DNA of 55,471 nt, filler included, from Sphacelaria rigidula (lineage: Eukaryota), in NCBI GenBank assembly GCA_964200075.2. It is 6 parts of 6 records of this genome, joined end to end, with 100 filler letters (N's around TTAATTAATTAA, not from the genome) between each part and the next. Parts side by side here need not be neighbours in the genome. Positions count along the whole stretch, not along the records: positions 1 to 9,165 come from CAXNAA020009149.1; positions 9,266 to 18,427 come from CAXNAA020009150.1; 4 more parts are not named here. One strand, 5' to 3'. The position numbers and the translations under genes were made by a program. This document shows, one piece after another, positions 1 through 10,620 of the stretch; the first letter of the stretch is position 1; each line of letters starts with the position of its first letter. A model generated the notes under the pieces. It was given only the letters and a program-made list of their open reading frames with translations. It did not search any database and was not told the DNA's origin.

Positions 1-871
1 GTGGGCGGCTCTCAGTAGTGCCGGTTTAATAGTGCCAACGACCTATATAATGCCGGTAAAATCTCCGGGCACAGCCAGAGCTCGCAGCAGTGCCACCCGG
101 CAGTACTGACAGATAACCCTCAGTAGTGCCGGTTTGAACGGTTTTGTACCCTCAACAAAGCCGGTTCCGGACACGCTCACGCACGCCGTACCCCCCACAA
201 ACCAAGCACTAGTAGGGGTACAGCGGGGAGGAGTCGTGTCTAGTTTGCTGCATCGGTGTTTTTTTTTCTCGAGGTCCGTTTGTTTCTCTCTCTTATTGTC
301 TCGGTAGCCGGTAGGAAGTGAAAAGGGGTGTGGTTCACTCTTTCTTGCTCACTCCTTTTGGTGGGCGGTGTACTCTTTCGTGAGTTTTTTTCCACACCAG
401 ATGCCGCACTTTCATAGTTGCGGTGGGTGCAGATGTTTCCTTGTTTTTCTTGTCGGGAAGGTCTTTCGGCATGAGCAACTTTTGTGGACGTACTGCTGCT
501 GTTGTGCTAGTAGGGAAGGAAATGATCAACCTGTGAACAGGATCAATCAAGTTGAAGGTAAAAAACAAAAAAATATCGGGTCTAGTTCTGCTACCCCGAA
601 ACCTTACGTGACGTATCCTATGGAAACCCCTTGAAACAAAGGTCCTCGTCCGTTTTGTGCTTCCGTTGGTCCCACGGAGGGCAAGCGTAGCACTGTACGA
701 ACGGACGGTCGTCAGTAGTGCCAGAACCGGCACTACTGAGGTATTCAGAGCCCTCAATTGCACCTGTTTTGACACTTTTCAGAGTAGTGCCGGGCTCTCT
801 GAGTAGCGCCGGTGTCCATGGTGGGCACATACCGGCACTACTGAGAGCCCACCATGAAAAAACGTTCAGTG
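1..871. mobile_element. Non-autonomous CACTA/EnSpm-like (CACTG) DNA transposon, left terminus cut off by contig start
   Basis: The start (gtggg..ctctcagtagtgccggt) is the reverse complement of 831-853. The right end reads ...aacgttCAGTG at 867-871 (CACTG on the other strand). An AGTAGTGCCG-like subterminal motif recurs in both orientations near both ends (e.g. ~13, 121, 713, 727, 783, 831). Confidence 0.55.
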
Positions 872-2944
872 TGATATGGCGGACCGTTTCAGCATGATAT
901 CGGTGATCAGTCTCATGCGAGAGAGCAACAAAGGAGGATCAATCAACCTGCAAACAAGTGAGGATGAGCTTCCTGTATGATGATAGCCACGTATACCTAT
1001 GGCACGAAACCAGAAGGGAAAATAGTCATTCCAGTGTGTCAGATACGCATTTGATATAACATTGATTGAGGGCTATACACGCCTTTGGCTGGCGTCGCGA
1101 ACCACTCGTGTTTGTTGTTGGCGTGGGCATCTTCTTGGACTCTGTGTGGTCTTCTTCCTCACTTGGAGATATCTAAAACTTGTAATTTTCCCACCGGCGG
1201 GGGGTGGAGGGGTATCCGACATTCCAGGCTACGGGGGTACCTCCGGAATAACGAGTATCATGCGTAACAACTCTATCATACCGGTTCATCTGCCAGGGTC
1301 GAACTAAAAACGACCTCCTGAGCGACTGATGATGGTGGAAAACCAGTATCATGTGCAAATGACTGGGTCACATTCGCTCATTTGCCGGGTCGAAGTAGAC
1401 ACGGCGTTCCCAAACTAGTGTCGATGATTTTTGACGATCACCACATGAAAAATAACTAGGAAATATATTTTCATCTCTCAGGATCGACTAATGGACGATG
1501 TCCCCGAAGGACAGCCGGTGGTTCTCGGCGATTATCACGTGAACATGACCGGGTAAATTATTTTCCCCCGCGAGGCGCGAATCTCGGTTCATGTTCCTTT
1601 CATCTGCAAGACGCTCACTGAAAATGGTGGTTATACAGGAATGCTGATGGTGGACCAAGATCGAACTATGTGAAACGCAGGGAAATGGGCATGATCATAG
1701 ACGTGTTGAAGGGTCACGACAAATCCGAAATACTTTCAAAAAGAAAACAACAAACCAAGAACGACAACCACTACGTCCACCCAATCACGGCCACCACGTG
1801 ACCACCCGGCCACCACGTGATCACCCACACTGCGTCTCACCCACAGAAAGCACACACCGACAACGATAGAAGGCACTCCCTCCCAGCGGCCATCTCCCCC
1901 CGCCACTGTAACGCGCCCTATTAAGTATTTTGCTGCTCGAGTACCGCACGCAAGGGGACTACATCAATCCGCCCAAAGCGGTCGAACACTCGCATCAAGA
2001 GAAAGCAGCAAAAGTACCGTCCGCGGATCCAGATGTCAAATGCGCAGACCGTAGATGCCCCTCCCTTGCTGTGGTGCTCACTATTTCGTGCGATCCTAGT
2101 AATGGTTTCACTATGGTCGGCCCCGTTGCGTATCTCGTGAATGGCTCGTAGAGAGTAAGTCAAGACCTCTAGTGTCATGTTGGATAGCGTCCGGACGTGC
2201 AGAGTCAAAAGGAAATTGTCTTGTTCGTGGGGGTTAGGATTGACGCCGCTAACTTCGAGGCATTGAGACAAACCAGCGTACTTTCGCCTGCAGTCGGCGT
2301 CATGGTTCTTTTCGTATGGACCATCGGGTCCGATATACATCCCGCTCGAGCAACCCGTGTGGGAGTGGGGGCGACGCCGACCGTTACAGGTGTGCGTGTG
2401 GCCATCGTTGGCCGTGTCGTGGAATTTTATTCCGGAGCCTGCGACCTTGGAGTCCTGCCCGGCGCCGTCATACGGAAGAACGTTCGGGGCCAGCGCTATT
2501 TGTAGAGACTTGACCGAGGCAACATTTCGGCTAAAGCCGATACCACTGCGTACGGCGCGCTCTGGAACATGGCGAGGGACGAGCATGAACGACGGTCGAA
2601 CCCGCAGGCAACACTGACCGTTAGTGCGTTTCGCGCTTGTCGATGCATGATTGTGAAGCAGTGTAGTACATGGACTACCTCGTGTGGGCTACACCGGGAA
2701 ACTGGAGTACATTGGCTCGCACATTGGGAAATTTCAGCGTGCGCGTGTGGCAGCGCGCATGGGGAATCTGTGACTGCGGGACTTAATGCTACGAGCACGC
2801 ACGACGAACTGACTCACCGGCTCTCATCCGTTCTTCCGGGCCAGTAGAGTGCAGGCCTTCCACAACGAACCAGACCTTGGCCTGCGCGACGCACAGTAAA
2901 TGAAAAAGCTCACGGTTGAGGATATTGACGAATAGAAACTAAGT

Positions 2945-3490
2945 AAGTAGCTCGTGGTGGGAGAAAAAATTACTCGAGCAAACGAGCCATCGCTCATGGT
3001 GGAAAAAAGAAATTACTCGAGCAAACGAGTCAGTGCTCGTGGTTAAAAAAAAAATAGCTTGAGTAGTCACGTCACTACTCGTGGTGGAGAAAGAGATGAC
3101 TCCAGCCCACGAGTCACCGTTCGTGGTCAAAAAATGTTTATGACCTGAGGAAACTAGCCATTGCTCGTGGTTCAAAAAATGAATAGCTCGAGCACTCGTG
3201 TCATTGCTCGTGGAAACAAAAAAAAATCTCGAGTACACGAGGCAGTGCTCGTGATTCAAAAAACGAATAGCTCGAACACTCGAGTCATTGCTCGCGGGGG
3301 GGGAAGTCAAAATTTTCGAGTACACGGGTAAGTGCTCATGGTTAAAAAATGAACAGCTCGAGTCATTACTCGTGGGAACAAAAATAGAAGACTCTAGTAC
3401 ACGAGTCAGTGCGCGTGGTAAAAAAATCTAGTAGCTTGAGCAGTCGAGTCATTATTCGTGGTAAAGAAATAGATTACTCCAGCCCACGCG
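2945..3490 (-). repeat. Degenerate ~55-60 bp tandem array, related to the subterminal repeats of the element at 31643-33406
   Basis: Repeated ctcgagca..cgagtcattgctcgtgg-A-run units; reverse complement of the caacgagcaatgactcgagtgctcg units at 31700-32000 and 33040-33390. Confidence 0.75.
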
Positions 3491-3583
3491 TCTTTTTGGG
3501 AGAGAGATTAGGGCGTTCTCGGGGAAAACGGTCTCTACCATACTCAACGTCCGAGACCGATGAAACAAAACTGACTCACTTTC

Positions 3584-4004
3584 AACAGCGGATTCTCAAA
3601 AATGGGGTTGAAAAAAATGAGGTGTGACTCGAAGGCCGTGCTTTCTCTGACCTAAATTCATGACAAATGACTCTCATATTGACGGCCTCATCCCTCCCGA
3701 CGTCCCTAGAACTATTTCGGGGGGTTTCTAGTCTCCCGTTCTTCCAAAGGGTATGCGCGAAAGCACTCTTTTGCCTCGATTTCGGGGTGAAAAAAGGACT
3801 TCTTTTGGGCCGAAAATCGTGCTTTTGCTCATACCCTTTGGGTGAACGGAAGGCTAGAAATCCCCCGAAATAGTTTTAGGCACGTCGGGAGGGATGGGGT
3901 CGTCCATATGAAAGGCGTTTGTAGTGAATTTAGGTTAGGGAAAGCACGGCTTTTGAGTTAAACCTCATTTTTTGTTTCAACCCCATTTTCGAGAATCCAC
4001 TGTT
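3584..4004. mobile_element. Foldback/MITE with ~190 bp inverted arms (family copy 1)
   Basis: aacagcggattctcaaaaatggggttgaaa pairs with tttcaaccccattttcgagaatccactgtt, and pairing continues inward. The central ttttgcctcgat..gggg.gaaaaa.ggac core is shared with 49195-49572. Confidence 0.75.
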
Positions 4005-4124
4005 TTTCTTGCTACATGCCCTAGCGAGGTCCCACACAAAATTCGAACGCACGAGTACTAAACCTGGGTCGGTAAGTGGCCCGCAATATACTGTTCCAAA
4101 TTTCGATCGGCCCGGTTTCCAAAC

Positions 4125-4392
4125 GGCCCATCCGCAGCACAATTGTTTTAGTTGGACCTTAAAATTTGGTATGGACAACGAATAGGCCATGATACAAAAA
4201 ACGCATGCAAAGGCCCAAAGCTTTGTTTTTCTTTCATAGTTGAAAACAATAATCAGTTTTCAGGTATAGTAAAATGCCGTTAACTCATGGAGAAACAGCC
4301 TTGGGTCCACGCATACGTCTTTTAATCGTGGCCTATTCATTGTTCATATCAAACTTAAGGTCCAACTCTAAATATTGAGCTGCGAATGAGCC
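4125..4392. mobile_element. Palindromic MITE-like element
   Basis: tagttggaccttaaaatttggtatggacaacgaataggccatgat pairs with atcgtggcctattcattgttcatatcaaacttaaggtccaact. Confidence 0.6.
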
Positions 4393-5369
4393 TGCAAACT
4401 ACAAAATCCGCTTCTAGGCTGGCCCGACTCGTATCGAGCATCACATCCACCAATCTAGCATGAATCGACCATTCTTTTTTCTTTGAAGCTATTTCAATTG
4501 GGGCATAATATCTACAAAGCGAGCACTGCTTTCGGTGAGGTTACGAGTATGAAATGACGACTACACGAGTGTGATTAGAAGAACCCTACATTGTGCGGCA
4601 GCACGAGAACGTTCATTAGTCCAAAAATAGCAATGTCAACAGACGCCAGGCTTACCAAATGCTACCTTCCGTACTGAAAGAGATGGGGGCGCGTGGGTGG
4701 AGGGGCTCGGAGGGGTACGGCGTGATAAAACGTACAAATTTCATCACCCCACATCAGTATTCAGCTGAAAAGCTTCAACATCTACTACTTCCTGCATATT
4801 TTTTGTGGTACCAGACAAGAGGTTGCACATCTATGAGTACAGTAAAAAACGTTGGCTTCGATCCTGAAATATTTACTACACGGTCGTTTTTAGAGTTTGC
4901 GGTTCATGTGTGTCGTATCCACCGTCATCTCCTTCGACCGCCTAGAGCTATTCCACTTGGAAATTAGGCTAAGCCTAACATCGATACATCGCACGCATGT
5001 ACTCACACGGGAACATTCTGACACCGAAACACAAGGATCAGCGATATGGGAGTAAATTGCACTTTACCAGTCACGGGCTCACTTTTGGCATTCGCAAAAC
5101 TGGCATATGTTCTTGTCGCATCGGCAGCACTTGGCGTTGAGGTCACGGGTAAAACTCTTATAGCAACCGCTGCAAGCTCATTACCTGCACTTGCCGTTGC
5201 CAAGGCAAGAATTTCCTCCGCGTTCCCATCACGAACACTGCGGAGTTGCCCTAGCCGTGGCATATAGAGCAGTGAATATTTCAAGCTCCTGCTTCGCTGC
5301 GCCTGCCTTGACCACCTTTACCTGGGATGCGCCACGCAGCAGTAGCTCGACGACCTCCCGTCGGCGCTC

Positions 5370-5770
5370 GTCCAGATTAGTCTCCGCCACCCGCAAGCGG
5401 CGCCCGCCCAATCCCTTCTCGGCCGCCTCCCGCCGACGCTCGGTCGAGCGAGTCTATCCCACCTGCCAGCGGGGCCCGCCCAGACCAACATCGGCCGCCT
5501 CCCGCCGGCGCTCGACCGCATGAGTGCCTGCCAAGTGTCACGGGTGCCCGTCCTCCCGCCGGCGCTCGGCCACCCCCCGCGGACGCTCGGCCGAACGAGT
5601 CCGTCCCAACTGTCACCGGTGCCCGCCCACTTCCTTCTCGGCCACCTCCCGCCGGCGCTCGGCCGAGCGAGTCTCTCTCGTGTGCCAGCTGCGCCCACCC
5701 AAACCAACGTTGGCCGGCTCCCGCCGACACTCGACCGCCCCCCGCCGACACTCGACCGAACGAGTCGTTG
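5370..5770. repeat. GC-rich degenerate tandem repeat (~65-70 bp)
   Basis: Recurring cctcccgccggcgctcggccgagcgagtc-like units. Confidence 0.75.
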
Positions 5771-6000
5771 CTAATGATCACCGGCGCCTGCCCAACCACA
5801 CCTCGATCGCGTTCCGCCAGCCCTGGCCCAAATGAATCTACACCACCTGCCACCGGCGCCAGCCCAACGCCTATTCGAGCGTCTCCTGCAGTCGCTCGCC
5901 AAGGCGAGTCTCCACCGGCTTCCGCCGACGCACTTCTGCTCCCTTGTCGGGGTGACGTACCTCGACGAGGGGCCGGTCTTGCCGTCCCGACAGACCGCAC

Positions 6001-6369
6001 AACACGGGATTTCACAAATTGGGGATGGAGTTTTTTATTGAGGATGAGAAATCCCGATAATCAAAATTTTCGTATCCACACGCAATGTTCGAATATGGTT
6101 CCCTTTCTTCACTTACTGATAGCTATTGACAAGTACTACACGCCATACTAATATGGATTTCGATACCCGAAATGTTGGGGTTCTAGATGTAAAACCAATT
6201 TTGGGGGATTTCGGCGATCTGATCGGATCATCAAAGTTCCCCAAAATTGTTTTTCACCTAGGACCTCAACCTGTCGGTTATCAGGATCCAAATTTGTATG
6301 GCGTGTAGTAGTTGTCGATAGCTACACACAAACAAAAAAATCCATCCCCAATTTGTAAAATCCCGTGTT
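6001..6369. mobile_element. MITE with ~29 bp TIRs
   Basis: aacacgggatttcacaaattggggatgga pairs with tccatccccaatttgtaaaatcccgtgtt. The AT-rich interior sits in GC-rich flanks. TSD is ambiguous. Confidence 0.8.
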
Positions 6370-6687
6370 ATACACCAGGCACAGACAGTGACTGTGTTAG
6401 GATGACGGCTGTAGCTGGAGTCGTCGTGCGCGATGAAGTTGGTCGCGACTTTGCAGCTGCACATGCAAGTGCGGCCGCTAGCTGGCGCGTTGGCGGAAGG
6501 GTTCTTCTTTTCGAAGATGTCCATGACGGACTAATCGCGCCATGTGCAGCAGAAGCACGGTTGGTGCTGCTCATGGTTGCGCGCTAGGTCAGCGTGGAAC
6601 GCACTAACCGCACCTGCACCTGCTCTGTGCCAACCTTCCAGAGCTCCAGCTACTAGCCCGTGTAGCGCGGGCTGCGCACAGGTATCA

Positions 6688-6855
6688 AACGGCTGTATCT
6701 CCGTGAAGTTGCGTACACTATAACAGTCTATTGTCATATGATGCGGTACTCTACTGAACATATCCCGTATCATAACGGCTGTATCTTCGTGAAGCTACCT
6801 ACACTGCAATACATTCTGTTGTCACACGGTGCGATACTGTACTATACGTATCATA
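6688..6855 (+). repeat. Diverged ~86 bp tandem duplication
   Basis: aacggctgtatct(c/t)cgtgaag...cgtatcat occurs twice in succession. Confidence 0.65.
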
Positions 6856-7389
6856 CTCCACGGTGATTTCCGGTCGGTAATAATGTGCGATCGGTTTCAA
6901 AAACGAGTCTCTATAAACAGTATAATAACTACGACAAAACGGTAAAGGCTACTGAAGCAAAGTGGGTCCAGTTGATTTTTGTTTTCACTGGTTAAGGGCG
7001 TTTTAGTATGGAAACGACCATGTCTCACGAGAAAACCCAAACCTCTCCCCCCCAGAAAAATTGAGGGCCCCTTTTTTTGTTTTATTCAGCATACCCCTGT
7101 GGTTCTTTATCCTGAGTTTCAAATCACAGTTAAAAAAATTCAGCTGAAAAATTGAGATAAGGCCCAAGAGCAGTGTTCATTTCTCTTCAGAAACTGTCTT
7201 AAAGACGGGAAAGAATGGGAAAAGCTATTTTTGTTAGCTTCATTACGCACCATCGCTTCTCCACACTGAATTTCATAGCATAAGTCTCAAAATCTGAGAC
7301 GCGATATCCAGATTCGACTCAGTTCATCTAGCAATATGATGTCGGAGTGATAGGATTGCTACTTGATCGTGGCGGGTTGCTCACCACAC

Positions 7390-7769
7390 GCCCCGGTGCA
7401 CTAGTTGGTAACCTCGACACCTTCTGAAGGTTGGGTTGTGGGTTCGAATTTCGGAGCGATTTGGGATTTTTCCTCACACCGTGCCCAACAGTGGAGAGCG
7501 ATTATGTCGTGGGTACACAACATTCGACTTTTCGCTCGACGAGGGAAGGGGTCCGCTGAACCCCTTTCGCGATAAAAAATAGAGGCAAGCACCGCAGAAG
7601 GAAGGTGGAGTATTAAGAACAAATAAAACAGAAAAAACTCCTGTGTTCACCTTCCTCCTGTGTGACCCCGGCTGGTGCGCCCACAAAGATCGGAAGGTGT
7701 AGACTGGCGTCCAGAATAGATGGGACGACAACACACACGCACACACACGCACACACACACACACACACA
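7390..7769 (+). mobile_element. tRNA-derived SINE with (CA)n tail
   Basis: Head GCCCCGGTGCACTAGTTGGTAA...CCTTCTGA...TTGTGGGTTCGAAT has A-box-like and B-box (GGTTCGAAT, 7441) Pol III motifs. It ends in a (CA)n tract. Its 3' half recurs inverted at 9645-9820. Confidence 0.75.
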
Positions 7770-8024
7770 GTTCCTCTGCTCGTAATATATTGATTTCAGT
7801 ATGGAAGCTTATGTTCGCCATATCTCGAGATAGATAACGAATTAGGTGAAGGTGAGGGTATCTATCGTCTCCCCGTGCTCCAGGGAATATGTCCACACCA
7901 AAAATCGTCGTCATCCGCTGAATGCATCGATCGGGGTTGATATAGATTTTAGTGTGGACGCTATCTCCGTTAGGTACTCAGGCTGGTTCACGTTTATCAC
8001 CCAAAACACACTCATCGGCAAAAT

Positions 8025-8690
8025 CTCACGCCGTTTGAGGGAGTTAGACCTTGAAAATTTGCAAGAATGTTCCATGGGTAATTACGCAACTTTCGAAGGT
8101 CGAGGTTTTCGTACTTGTTGACTTTTTTCACCGTTTTTCGGGGATCCCAGTTTTATTGGGGAAACCTCGACCCAATCGGACCCCCGTAAAACGGTAACAA
8201 TAAATAAATAAATAAAACTCGTCCATCCGAAGTTGCGTAATGTCCCAGAGCACAGTTGTGCAAAATTTCAGGGTGTAACTCCTTAAAACGGCGTGAGGCT
8301 CTTGGCCTTTGTGCGATGAACTTTGCCGTACCGCGGAGAAACCGCGAAGTACTTGATTTTAGTACCAAAACGGCGTTTTCGGGCCTTCTTTGACGTGAAC
8401 ATGGAAATTCAAGCATCAGTTGATCGATTTTTGGGACGAAAATTGGTGGAGCCCATCTTTGGGTTATGCAAAGGCAGATAGTTGGCGAAAAAATGGAAAA
8501 CAATTATCGTAGTGCCGTTTTTCTGGGGTCCCAGAATGGAGCCTACTTCGAAAAACGACTTCGATCTCGTCGGACCCCGAAAAACGGTGAAAAACTCAAG
8601 TACAAGAAACATCGTCCGTAGAAAGTTGCATAATGATACAAACCATATTTATGCGAAGTTTTAGGATCGAACTCCTAATGACGGCGTGAA
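8025..8690. mobile_element. Foldback-type element: inverted arms 8025-8297 plus a third arm copy at ~8570-8690
   Basis: ctcacgccgtttgagggagtta pairs with taactccttaaaacggcgtgag. The cggacccc..aaaacggt...aagttgc.taatg...aactcct..acggcgtga arm is repeated downstream. Confidence 0.6.
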
Positions 8691-9165
8691 AGTTTGCGCG
8701 TTTGTGGAGGACGTGAGCTTGAAACGTGCGACTCCTAACTACTTGGTTTTAGTATGGAAACGTATTTTGGGGAGAATTTGACGTCAATGCAAGAAAAACT
8801 GTAAGAGGTTTTCGAGTTTCCCCACCAAACTTTGTACATGTGTTCCTTGGACTCTTCCGGGACGCCTCATTTCGCTATTTTTGTTTCAGAGCATTCTGTA
8901 CCGCCTTCCAGGGGTCTTCACGCTGGGACCCCCGGAAGCCGGTAGAGAACGGAGAAACCATGACATATTGCCAAGAATACATTTTTTTTTCATTTTGAGC
9001 ATCAATACCTACGGAACTGCCGAGTTTGAGGGCGATCTGAGCTTTTCTGCAACAGATATTGGGGACACCATCACGAGGCTCCCTGGGTCTTTCGTGTGTA
9101 TCATTAGTGGAAATTAGACGACGTCAACACCCGACATCACCGAAACATCACGGTTTCGGGTATAA

Positions 9166-9265
9166 NNNNNNNNNNNNNNNNNNNNNNNNNNNNNNNNNNN
9201 NNNNNNNNNTTAATTAATTAANNNNNNNNNNNNNNNNNNNNNNNNNNNNNNNNNNNNNNNNNNNN
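9166..9265. other. Artificial contig spacer
   Basis: N44 + TTAATTAATTAA (stops in all six frames) + N44. Confidence 0.98.
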
Positions 9266-9319
9266 ACCCTGCACCAAACGAACGCAAAGACCTCCCCCCC
9301 CCCCCCCCCCTCCCCCTCT

Positions 9320-10084
9320 CCAAAAAAATAGGTCCATTGTACTCACGTAAAAAAGCCCAGCCCCCAACTCTCACTTGTTGTGAATTCTCCCAGGCAGTGG
9401 CTATTGTTTGAGTCACGTTGAAGTTCTATGTGATCTCACCGTGAGGTCTTTGCCCCCGTCCCTGCTTGCTTGCGTTTTTCTCGCGGTGACCGTGATGGTG
9501 GTCAAGCTACATCATATTGTGGGGGGATGGAGAACCTCCACTCCGCGCGAAGGATATGATCGTACTACGTAGTGTTTAAATGGTGAGATACCCAAGAGGC
9601 AGGCAGTGTGTAAACCGTGACTGTCTCTGGAAGTGGCGATACTGGGTATGTGTGTGTTGTCGCCCCATCTATTCTGGGCGCCGGTCTACACCTTTCGGTA
9701 TATATGGGCGCACCAGCCGGGGTCACACAGGAGGAAGGCCAACACAGGAAATTTTTGTTTTTTTGTTATTTAAATTCTCCACCTCCCTTCTGCGGTGCTT
9801 GACTTTACTTTTTATTGCGACATACTGTACCAGAAAGTGAAGCAACTCATGGTAGGCTGTCATCCGTACGCGATATGACCAGTACGCTTCGGACCGAACA
9901 CTTTTATCAGGATGCAGCTCATCCTTCAAGGGACTCGCCGAGTACTTCACACTGTGCTTCGCGCTTGGTGATCGATTGCGAGCCTGATCCGGCGAAAAAA
10001 ACCGGCGTGCTCCGTCCAGGCTTTGTAGGGGTGCGAGGTCAATGGCCATATGACTACGGCATGCAATATCATGAGTACACCCCT
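9320..10084 (+). mobile_element. Non-autonomous retroelement (SINE-like) sharing its 3' end with the LINE; copy A, interrupted by a SINE fragment
   Basis: Aligns with copy B (10085-10610) over roughly 400 bp. Ends gctccgtc...ggtcaatggccatatgactacggcatgcaatatcatgagtacaCCCCC, similar to the LINE 3' terminus at 11810-11889. Preceded by a C-run at ~9291-9316; the 5' boundary is approximate. Confidence 0.6.
9645..9820 (-). mobile_element. 5'-truncated copy of the (CA)n-tailed SINE nested in copy A
   Basis: Reverse complement of ~7570-7745; possible atactg target duplication on both sides; absent from copy B and from the copy at 27790-27928. Confidence 0.75.
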
Positions 10085-10610
10085 TTCTGTCGAGGTTGGA
10101 GTCGGTCGGCAACGACGTCGTGAACCATGCCATTCACTGTGTACCTCAGGCAACTAGGCAATCCTTTTGTACTGTTGCGTTTGTGTTTTTTTTCTGCGGT
10201 AACCATGAATGGTGGTCGAGCGATTATCATATTGTGCGGGGTGGAGACACCTCAACTTCGAGCAAAGGGGATGATCGCAACACGTAGCGTTGAAATGGTG
10301 AGACACCCACGAGGCAATGTGCAATCCGTGACTGTCTCTGGAGGTGGCAGGACCAAAGGACGAAGCGACTCATTCGAGGCTGTCATCCAAACGTAAGATA
10401 ACAGTACGCCTCGGCCCGAGCGATCTTAGTATAATGCAGCTTGCCCTTCATACGACTCGCCGAGCACATGACGACGCTCCACGCTCGGTGATTGCGAGTC
10501 TGATCGGGCGAAAATCCGGCGCCCTCCGTCCCAGCTTTGCACGGATGCTAGGTCAATGGTCGTATCACTACGGCATACAGAACCATGAGTATACCCCCCT
10601 CCCCCCACCC
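10085..10610 (+). mobile_element. Non-autonomous retroelement copy B, oligo(C)-tailed
   Basis: Paralogous to copy A; ends ggtcaatggtcgtatcactacggcatacagaaccatgagtataCCCCCCtCCCCCC. Confidence 0.6.
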
Positions 10611-10620
10611 ACCCCCAACC

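Larger units (their letters stand above)
5040..6540 (-). pseudogene. Decayed, internally rearranged hAT-like transposase
   Basis: Minus-strand ELAAVAIRVLPVTSTPSAA..RTYASF (~5080-5190) resembles the hAT C-terminal dimerisation motif. SVMDIFEK...RTCMCSCKV...DSSYSRH (~6400-6530) resembles a degenerate BED finger. The two are separated by GC-rich repeats and a MITE. Confidence 0.45.

Noticed and set aside
1921-2586. 221-aa minus-strand ORF
   Set aside because: Non-ATG start, no recognisable domain or splice structure.
7390-7462. Functional tRNA gene
   Set aside because: The 3' acceptor stem does not pair with the 5' end, and the sequence continues into a repeated body with a (CA)n tail, i.e. 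a SINE.
9210-9221. TTAATTAATTAA palindrome recurring every ~9.26 kb
   Set aside because: Artificial six-frame-stop linker between contigs.
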